Shown piece after piece: positions 54,126 to 64,000 of a stretch of 64,000 nt of DNA. Under the pieces are notes generated by a model. The model ran no database searches. It worked only from the letters and a program-made list of their open reading frames with translations, and had not been told where the DNA came from. The stretch covers positions 16,306,001-16,370,000 of the forward strand of contig NC_042999.1 in the NCBI RefSeq assembly GCF_006345805.1, written 5' to 3'. This DNA is from Octopus sinensis (taxonomy: Eukaryota). The first letter of the stretch is position 1, and every line of letters starts with the position of its first letter. Position numbers and translations under genes: made by a program.

Positions 54126-55076
54126 ATACACTTAGCTCAAGACATCACCAGGAGGAACCACGTTCGGTTTCGGTCCCTACTCCTCTACCGTTTTGACTTT
54201 GCGGGGCCCTCCTTTCGGAGGTGTCTTCAGCTCTGGTGTTGGGTACATGTCTTCTTTCTTCTGTTCCCTGGCCCCTTCGATGTAGCGTCAACGAGTGTCA
54301 GCGTTCATTTTCTTTTCTATTATCAACATTGTCTGGTGGGGCTAGCTTAGACAAACCTTTCGATTGCTACTTTCTCACCTATGGTCGCAAGTCCGATCGA
54401 CTATTGACAGGTTTCCCAGAGCAAGTTTCATAAAAGTTTAATTTGTTCTGCAAATTAAGAAGAAATCCAAGCACAAAGTATTTTCTGTCTTTCATTTCAT
54501 TCCCGACTATCTTCCTGCTTCTCAATGATAAGACATTTCTGCTCTTTTTATGGCTTCAGGATTTCAATAGCACAACGCGTACTCCCATACAAAATTATAT
54601 ATAGAAAGGGAATATGAAGAAGTTTTATGAATAAGAAATTCTAAATTTAGAAACCAGGATCATTATAATCTAAAAGCAATTATAATTAAAGAATTTACAG
54701 AAATAGATAATCTTTATATGAAACAGCAAAAATAGAGCTCGATGATAAAAGCTGATGACAAGATAAATGACAATAAAAATGACAACTCTGACAACCAAAG
54801 AATTAATAAAAACAGGCATGAACATCAATATCACAAGAATAAAGGCAATAACCTATGAAGTGGCTACGACAGCTACAAAGAAACAAACTAGGTAGGTCTT
54901 TAGATGTACTCATATAGGAGCAAAGCTGTAGAATCGGGTTCAATCCCACTGCACACCTTGGGCAAATGTCTTCATATATAGACTTGGTCGGTTATGCGTT
55001 GTGAGTGGGTTTAGCCGACAAAAACTATGTAGACGCCCGTCGTATACACACACACACACAGACACAGACACACACA

Positions 55077-55131
<55 letters not shown>

Positions 55132-55540
55132 AAAATTAAATTAGAGATAAAACCATTATTAGGCAAATCAAGCAATGAAAAACATAAACCAAAACATAAA
55201 AATAAAAATATTAATATAATATACAAAATATATAAAATATAAAATTCAAAATTTAAATTATTTAAATTTAAAATTATTAATTTATATTTATAAATTTTTA
55301 TATTTTTTAAATATGTTTTAAATTTGAATGAATAAATTTTCTAATTTTTTCATTTTTAAACTTTTTAAAATTTAAATATATATAACTATCAAAAAGTATT
55401 AAAAAGTTTAATATAAGATAATAAGTAAGATATATATGTATATATATATAAAATGGCCAACAAGAAGAGTACTCCTTCTAATGAGAGATGAATATTAATG
55501 TATGCATTTCATTCCACATGTATTACACGCGCTACTAATA

Positions 55541-56672
55541 TTAGGTCGTCAAGTATAAAGTTTGTAGTGAGGTATATGGTAAACTTTGACAGCTGTTCAT
55601 TTTGCGCCAGTATTATATTTTGTCAATCTTTATTTTTTGTTAGAAATGTGACACATCTATTTCTTTATTCTAACTCATTTAGAGCTTTATAAAGTATTTA
55701 TAAATCGTTTTTGCTATTTTTGCTTAGAGATGTATAAGTCGGAAATTCGTACAGTTTTGAAATATGAGTGCTTTCTTGGAGTATTTCATTTTACTGTTAT
55801 TTCACAGCAGACAGTATCAAATTGGCTTGCAAAATTTCGTTCTGGTAACTTTGACCTCACAAATAAGCAACGCGGTCGACGAGAAACAAAGGTGGATAAT
55901 GACGAACTGAAAGACACCGTCGAGTCAGATCCATTTCAAACTGCGCGTGAATTATCGTTGTTGTTTGGTGTTAGGAAGCAAATAGTATTAACTCACCTAG
56001 TTCAAATCGGTAAAGTGAAAAAGTTGGATAAGTGGGTTCCACATGAACTCAATGAAAATTAGAAACAGCAACATTTGGAAACCTGCATTATGCTACTTTC
56101 TCGTCCCAAAAATGAATCACTTTTCGATCGAATTGTAACATGTGATGAGAAATGGATCCAATGCAACAACTGTAAATGTTCAGCAGAATAGTTGGACAAA
56201 GACGAGCCACCAAAACACAGTCCAAAAAGCAAAATCCATCAAAAAAAGCTGATGGTGTGTGTTTGGTGGACTGGCCCAAGTGTGATCCATTATGATGTCA
56301 TTAAAGCTGGCTCATTAATTACAGCCGAAGTATACAGCAGCCAACTGTACCAAATGATGCAGAAACTTACAAAAAAAAAAGAACCAAACAGCCTAGATTA
56401 ATCAACAGACCCACTCCTATTTTATTGCAAGACAACACCAGACCACACATCGCAAAAATGACATTGGCGAAACTACAGAAGTTGGAGTTGGAAATTCTCC
56501 CTCATCCACCATACTCACCTGATCTTGCCCCCACTGACTACCACTTCTTCCAGAATTTGGATAACTTTTTGATAGGAAAAAGATCTAATTCCGACAATGC
56601 TGTAAAACAGGCCTTCCAAGATTTTATTGACTCTAGATTGCCAAGATTTTACAGTTGCGGGCTGGACAAAGA
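55541..56672 (+). pseudogene. Mariner transposase pseudogene with a 5' TIR-like end, 3' truncated
   Basis: WVPHEL, RIVTCDEKWIQ, MVCVWW, QDNTRPH and HPPYSPDLAPTDYHFF motifs split across ORFs 55730, 56192 and 56425. Confidence 0.92.
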
Positions 56673-57637
56673 GTGAAACTAGTAAAAGCTGAGAAGTAAA
56701 ACAACACGGAAATCTAACATGCGAAGTAAAGTAAAGAAAAGAAGAAGTATATCTTAATCATTAATATAATCAATAACAACACGATAAAACTTGTTAAGGT
56801 CATCTCTAAAGATTTTCTTCAGAAATTAGAGCCAGCGCAGATGTTTGTTACGACTTTTCGTATCCGAGACGCCAGATGTAAATAAATAATGAGATTGAGA
56901 TGATATATGGGCAAGGAGCGTATATGACATATATGCTCATAATCCATTTTTCATCTTCGATCTAATTGTTGTTGTTTACGAAACGTCCGAACAAAAATCA
57001 GCGCTGGCTCGAAATTCTATAAAAACATCTGTAAAGATAACTGTAACAAGTGATGTAAAACGCACTGCTAACACAGTAGAACATGGTATTAACTTATAAA
57101 ATCGTTTAATACTCTTTATAGTGAATTATGGTTGCATAACAAAATACCGTGTCCCTTCAAGTCATTAATGCGATAAAACCGAAGAAAAATAGGGGGACAA
57201 GTACTGCAGAAATATAACATAATTGAAAAAACATTCGCAAGATCAAAGAATGACTGAAATAAGAGATTCTCGGTAAATTGCAAAGAATTCATCGCCATGC
57301 ACAGCGAAAACAATTCTTTGAGTAAAACGAAGTGAAATAATTACCCAAAATGATTTAAGCAAGAACTAGGTCAAAATTAAATAGGTTTGAAAGCTGTAAT
57401 AACAACAATAAGAGAGATAGACGAATTCTGGTTAGAAGTATGAAATGGGACGAAATTATCACGGATAAAAGTTTTCAAAATAACGGACATAAGCAACTTG
57501 TGAATAGTCGCAGGAGGTCATAATGACACAAGAAGTTGTCAAAAGGCAGAGAAAATATTAAGTAGAGAAAAACATAAGAATATATATTTCTTTACTGCCC
57601 ACAAGGGGTTAAACATAGAGGGGACAATTAAGTATAT

Positions 57638-57965
57638 AGGCGCAGGATTGGCTTACCAACCACATGGTTCCGGGTTCAGTCCCACCGCGTGGCACCTTGG
57701 GTAAGTGTCTTCTACTATAGCCTTGGGCTGACCGAAGCCTTGTGAGTGGATTTGGTAGACGGAAACTGAAAGAAGCCCGTCGTATATACGTATATATTTG
57801 TGTGTGTGTGTGTTTGTGTGTCAGTGTTTATCCCCCCAACACCGCTCGACAACTAGGCTTATAAAGAATAAGTCCTGCGGTCGATTTGCTCGACTAAAGG
57901 CGGTGCTCCAGCATGGCCGCAGCCAAATGACTGAAACTAGTAAAAGAATAAAAGAGTAAAAGAAT
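57638..57965 (+). mobile_element. SINE family A with an internal deletion
   Basis: Head, microsatellite and full 3' tail. Confidence 0.85.
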
Positions 57966-57989
57966 ATGAAAAGACCCTAACTATCTCAA

Positions 57990-59180
57990 AAAACAATTCA
58001 GAAGAACACAAATTGCTAGCAGATGTGTTTTAATATGATACTGGCGTAGTCAGCGAAGATAGTGACTGGCATCTTGAAAAGAGAACCATCTTCATACACA
58101 AAACTAAAGACACAGTAAACTCCAATACAGTGTCAACACGTGTCCCGCTTTTCTGACTCAAGAATGTTTTCAGTGAAATAATAGGGCAGTGACGGGCGCA
58201 TGGGTGGCTGTGTGGTGAAGGAGTTCGCTTTGTAACCACGTCGTTTCGGGTTCAATCCTACCGTGCAGCAACTTGGGCAACTTTTTTTTTCAATAGTTTC
58301 AAACCAGCCAAGTCAAGCTGAATGAATTTGGTAGACCGTCGTTGCTTAAGTCATTAGACTGTGGCCATGCTGGGGCACCGCTTTGAAGGGATAGGGTTAG
58401 GCAATGCTGGGGCACCGCTTTGAAGAATTTTTTAGTCGAATGAATCAACCCTCCAGTACTTACTTTTTTTTAAAGCCTGGCACTTATTCTATCGGTCTCT
58501 TTGTCGAACCGCTAAGTATCGTTTTTTTTCTATAGTTCTAAACCAACCAAGTCAATCTGAATGAATTTGGTAGACCGTCGTAGCTTAAGTCATTAGACTG
58601 CGGCCATGCTGGGGCACCGCATTGAAGAATTTTAGTCGAATGAATCAACCCCCAATACTTACATTTTTTTTAAAGCCTGGCACTTATTCTATCATTCTCT
58701 TATGCCGAACTGCTAAGTTACGGGGAGCTTACATACAGACCAACTGTTTCCGGGGAGTTGTACTATGCGAAAATGATATTATTGTAACTACTATTATAGT
58801 GCTGACTAGGATCACCGTAAAGAGAGAAACATTAATTAACAATATTAATATGCTCGTAAAAGAAATAGGAAATAGAGATTTGCAAAAGCTCAGGTTTACA
58901 GATACGTTGGGATCAATAAACTTAATGCATAAGTAACGGAAACGATTAGGGAAAATATTATAGATGCATTAGATTAATACTTAAAACAGAGATAATTACA
59001 GCAAATAGGCTGATAGGCATCACTACTCTAGATGTTCCAGTTATAAGTTACAGCTATGAGATTCCCAATTTGGTGATAAACGAGCTTAGAAAATTACATT
59101 GTAAACAAGAAAAATAATGACTGTATTTACAACATGGCAGCTAAAATCTGAGGTATAAAGATTATGTCTACTACGAAGAC
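57990..59180 (+). pseudogene. Highly decayed non-LTR RT remnant (same type as 44733), interrupted by duplicated SINE pieces at 58195-58730
   Basis: WHLEKRTIFIHKTKDT (~58066) and LILKTEIITANRLIGITTLDVPVISYSY (~58975). Confidence 0.4.
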
Positions 59181-59639
59181 ACAGAAATGGAGGCCATAGA
59201 AAACTTATAAGATATCGACTCTCGGACAAGAAAAATGCAAATAAAAAAGAAAAGATAGAAAAATGTTACGAAACAAGAAGAAAAATCTTTTTTGTCTTCA
59301 AGGAAGTAAATAAATACAAAACAGAAGTTGAAATGACAGAAAGTTGAGAGAAGAAAGGAAAAAAAAAAAAAATACAACAGAAATGTGAAAAAGAAAAACT
59401 GGAAAGTATACAAAAGTAGATTTACAGAATGTCATGTTAAAGCGTTGGTTAGAAAAAGCCTGTGTATGGCCGATACTTAAATATTAAATAGGATGCGAAT
59501 AGACTATGAAATTTTGTATATAATGAAGGAGAAAGCTTCAAGTAATTGCAGGATATGTGGAGTTTGGGAAGAAATAATTTATCAAGTTATTTATTGTTTC
59601 TCAGTCTTACACGTGTGATAGATTTACGTTGATACGCTT

Positions 59640-60680
59640 GATGTTAGACTAACAAGACAAGGGACCTGGGAAATAGGAAGGGGGCCATACCCTGGGACAT
59701 AGTAATTTACACATATTACGTTAGACTAACATAATGATACTCCACTTGAAGAGAGGTGATATAAATATACGCATGACAAGGGACTCGGGAATAGGAAAGG
59801 GGCCATACACTGGGACATAGTAATTTACATACATTATGTTAGACTAACATAATGATACGCCGGACGAAATGCATAGCCGTATTTCGTCTGCCGTTACGTT
59901 CTGAGTTCAAATTCCGCCGAGGTCGACTCTATCTTTCATCCTTTCGGGGTCGATTAAATAAGTACCAGTTACGCACTGGGGTCGATATAATCAACTTAAT
60001 CCGTTTGTCTGTCCTTGTTTGTCCTCTCTGTGTTTAGCCCCTTGTGGGTAGTAAAGAAATATATATAAATATACATAAGACAAAGGGCCCGGGGAATAGG
60101 TAAGGGGCCATACCCTGGGACATAGTAATTTACATACATTATGTTAGACTAACATAATGATACACCACTTGAAGAGAGGTGATATAAATATACACAAGAC
60201 AAGGGACTCGGGGAATAGGAAAGGGGCCATACCCGGGAACATAGTAATTTACATACATTATGTTAGACTAACATAATGATACGCCGGACGAAATGCATAG
60301 CCGTATTTCGTCTGCCGTTACGTTCTGAGTTCAAATTCCGCCGAGGTCGACTCTATCTTTCATCCTTTCGGGGTAGATTAAATAAGTACCAGTTACGCAC
60401 TGGGGTCGATATAATCAACTTAATCCGTTTGTCTGTCCTTGTTTGTCCTCTCTGTGTTTAGCCCCTTGTGGGTAGTAAAGAAATATATATAAATATACAT
60501 AAGACAAAGGGCCCGGGGAATAGGTAAGGGGCCATACCCTGGGACATAGTAATTTACATACATTATGTTAGACTAACATAATGATACACCACTTGAAGAG
60601 AGGTGATATAAATATACACAAGACAAAGGGCCCGGGGAATAGGTAAGGGGCCATATCCTGGGACATAGTAATTCACACAC
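59640..60680. repeat. ~119-bp minisatellite with two embedded SINE B copies forming a 424-bp higher-order repeat
   Basis: cattatgttagactaacataatg at 59832, 60137, 60256 and 60561; identical ORFs at 59852 and 60276. Confidence 0.92.
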
Positions 60681-61083
60681 ATACAGAGAAATCAAGAAAA
60701 TTGGCTGGTATTCTACATAAGGAAAATCAGAATTGAGTGCATCTCCTAAACGAAATATCAGTCCCAGAAGACAATGAAATATTTCACATCCTCTGTGAAG
60801 AGGGCCAAAGAATGAGAACGGTGTCATACATTGAGATATGTCAATCTACGCAGAGGAATCAAGATAATCAATATATAGGACTACTTTATCTCTAAATTTG
60901 GCTGCTATTTCTTGCACGTTGATTACCGTGTAGAGCAGTGATATCAAATCGTGTTCCATATGGCCATTGGCAGGAGTGTGGGGTCTATATAAGATTTTTT
61001 GTTGTTAAAATGAATGCGTATTAAACTGGATATACTTCAATGATGCGGAAAAGATTTTAGCTATTTATTAATACAATTAATAA

Positions 61084-61244
61084 GCGTAGGAGTGGCTGTG
61101 TGCTAAGTAGCTTGCTTACAAACCACATAGTTCCGGTTTCAGTCCCACTGTGTGACGCCTTGGGCAAATGTCTTCTACTATAGCTTCGGGCCGACCAAAG
61201 CCTTGTGAGTGGATTTGGTTGACGGAAACTGAAAGAATCTCGTC

Positions 61245-61280
<36 letters not shown>

Positions 61281-61661
61281 GTGTGTGTGCATGTGTGTGT
61301 ATATGTTTGTGTGTCTGTGTTTGTCCCCCCCCAATCGCTTGTCAACCGATGCTGGTGTGTTTACGTCCCCGTAACTTAGTGGTTCGGCAAAAGAGATCGA
61401 CAGAATAAGTACTAGGCTTCCATCAGTAGTCAAGCAATGCTGGGGGACAAACACACACACACACACACACATACACACACACACACACACTTATATATAC
61501 GATGGGCTTGCAGTCTCCGTTTACCAATTCCACTCACAAGCATTGGTCGGCCCGAGGCTATAGTAGAAGGCACTTGCCCAAAGTGCCACGCAGTGGGACT
61601 GAACCCGGAACCATGTGGTTGGTAAGCAAGCTAATTACCACACAGCCTCTGCTGCGCCTAT
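61084..61661. mobile_element. Tail-to-tail inverted pair of SINE A copies
   Basis: Plus copy 61084-61410 and minus copy 61420-61661. Confidence 0.88.
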
Positions 61662-62726
61662 ATGATCTTTCGAAAAGTCCCAAATGGGGCTCGCTGAAAA
61701 GAAGCATATTTATCCTTTTCTATTGCTTTTATCCTTTCGGGATCGATTAATTAAATACTAATTGCGTACTGGAGTCGATCTAATGGACTGGCCCCTTCCC
61801 CCAAAATTTCGGGCCATGTGCCTAGAGTAGAAAATGATATAGATGGGAAATACCCACAAAAAACAAAAAAACTTTTCAAAACAGTCAATATTTTTGTAGT
61901 TCAAAAGTTGCGATTTATAACATAAAATGTACTCTAGAATTAGCCAGAGCTAATAACCTGTTCTACTCTAGGCACATGGCCCGATTTTTGTTTTGGGAGA
62001 AGGGGGCCAGTCGATGAGCTCGACCGCAGTGCACAACTGGTACTTAACCAGAGCTAATAATGACAAACTTTTACTAAATATTGTTAAACACACCTCTGCA
62101 AATGCATTGTACATAAGAAATTCACTTCAAATACAACAAACAACCGGCATGGAGCCGACGGCAGGCAATGAGTTAAGACAATCAGAATATCGGATTACTT
62201 TGCTTTAAAATTTGGCTGCTATTTCTAGCATGTTGATTACCATGTACAGGTTCTCTCGTTTCCTTGTATGGATAGAATGGGTGTTCCCAATAAGTAAAAA
62301 AGTACGAAAGCGATATTAAAGGATGACATATAACGACATTTTGTTTGTTCTGTCACAGAATCATATTTTGCTGAAGGCTTTATATATACAGGGAACTATA
62401 TTTGCTGCGAACTATTTCTATTCATTCAACTCGATAGACTCGTAAACTCTATCAATTAAAACAACTCATTTATATAGCTGTGCGAAACCTCAAAAGAAAA
62501 CCATTACTCCACCTTTAAAAGCATTATAAATTTATAGGTATGGTTAATAGCTTTTAAAATAGAAGGAAATATATTTTGTTATCTAAATACAAATTTTGCA
62601 GGTTTCTCATCTTACACGAAAGCTAAAGCATAAAACAAAAGTATAACAAACAAAAAACAACTACAAAACAATAACAATATAAATCCGCATAAAATGCTAC
62701 ACTATTTGTTTTGCCTGTTAGTATCT

Positions 62727-62765
<39 letters not shown>

Positions 62766-62768
62766 TAG

Positions 62769-62800
<32 letters not shown>

Positions 62801-62922
62801 GATATATATATATACATATATATATATATACATATATATATACATATATATATATATATACATATATATACATATATATATATATATGCATATATATATA
62901 TATATATATAATATATATATAT

Positions 62923-62976
<54 letters not shown>

Positions 62977-63541
62977 TAATATAATATATATATATATATT
63001 ATATATATATATACACACATACATATATACACATACATATATATGTATATATGTATATATATATATATGCATATGCGTGTGGGTGTTTTATCCTAAAGAT
63101 AAAGCACATTTTCCCAAGCAACAAAATTCATATATTAGAATATTAAAAATATTTGTTGGCCTTATTCAAACATGTTTCCATACAGACATGCATGCATACA
63201 TGCGTACATACATCCATATGTACATACATACATACATACATACATACATACATACATACATACATACATACATACACACACACACATATATATGTAGGGA
63301 GAATTCACAAAAAAACAAAAGACGAAGACAGGTGGTGTGGACAACAAACAGATGTATTAGTTTAACGCTCGGGAAGTGAAAAAAGTCTTTAACGTTTCGA
63401 GTCTACGCTCTTCCACAGAAAGGAACACAGAAAGAAACAGGGAGAGAAAATAAAAAAAATGTGTAGTGGCTAGCGATCTATCATGGCGATATATACATAC
63501 ATAGATAGATACATACATACATATATACACACATATAGACA

Positions 63542-64000
63542 CAGGGTGCGATGGGTAAATTCTCGCCATTTTATACTTTTAATTTCGCACATTGTTTTGA
63601 TGTTGTCGACAACACAGTAAAGTAGGGTCAGTTGGGCAACGTCTGTGACAAAAACAGCGCCGTGACGCAATTCACTCAGCCGGAAATTTGGAAATGACAT
63701 GCTGTACTGTTTGGCATCCACATCAGAAGCTCCAATACGAACATTTCAGAGTGTTTGGATATCAATCTATGGACATATACCAAGAGTGATAAAAACCAAG
63801 TCTCGAGTCAACATGGTGTTTGGAGTGATCACTAGTGATGGCGACGTTATGCCTCCATTCATCTTCTCACACGGCCTCAGACTCAACACGGTGACCTACA
63901 CCAAATGCTTGGAGGAGGTAGTGCTTCCCTGGGTTAAGATGGTGGCTGTTGGAAGACCCCATGTCTGGCAACAGGACTCTGCAGGAGAACCCAGTCATAT
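63542..64000 (+). mobile_element. Internally deleted Tc1/mariner element, maT/DD37D-like, running off the window end
   Basis: CAGGGTG start; MVFGVITSDGDVMPPFIFSHGLRLNTVTYTKCLEEVVLPWVKMVAVGRPHVWQQDSA from 63813. Confidence 0.75.

Noticed and set aside
54150-54350. GC-rich island with CTGAAGA...GAAA on the minus strand
   Set aside because: The stem II base and the stem I/III register do not pair; its reading frames have stops and no recognisable motif
59640-60680. CRISPR-like appearance (palindromic repeat at regular spacing)
   Set aside because: The intervening sequences are themselves repeated rather than unique spacers; no cas genes; eukaryotic context

Overview
Very AT-rich, microsatellite-dense eukaryotic DNA with no intact host protein-coding gene that I can support. 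The repeat repertoire resembles an octopus (coleoid cephalopod) genome; this is an inference. The window is a mosaic of three abundant SINE-like families, two rarer tRNA-headed SINEs, two 5'-truncated CR1-type LINE ends, decayed R4/Dong-like RT remnants, four Tc1/mariner remnants, Helitron-like ends, tandem and higher-order repeats, and many fold-back inverted repeats. The three abundant families are a tRNA/CORE-like family with an internal microsatellite (family A), a Nin/Deu-domain-like family (B) and a (GAT)n-tailed family (C). The main unexpected signal is a set of hammerhead-ribozyme (HHR) motifs from several unrelated short repeat families, often inside fold-back structures next to (TA)n. 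The clearest is a ~442-bp monomer arranged as tandem plus inverted copies at 31.3-32.4 kb, consistent with non-autonomous Penelope-like/retrozyme elements. Other signals are a SINE-LINE shared 3' stem-loop with compensatory changes and an inverted pair of decayed paralogous gene fragments with (GAT)n expansions at matching sites. Most short ORFs in the track are microsatellite translations. Repeat boundaries are read by eye and approximate.
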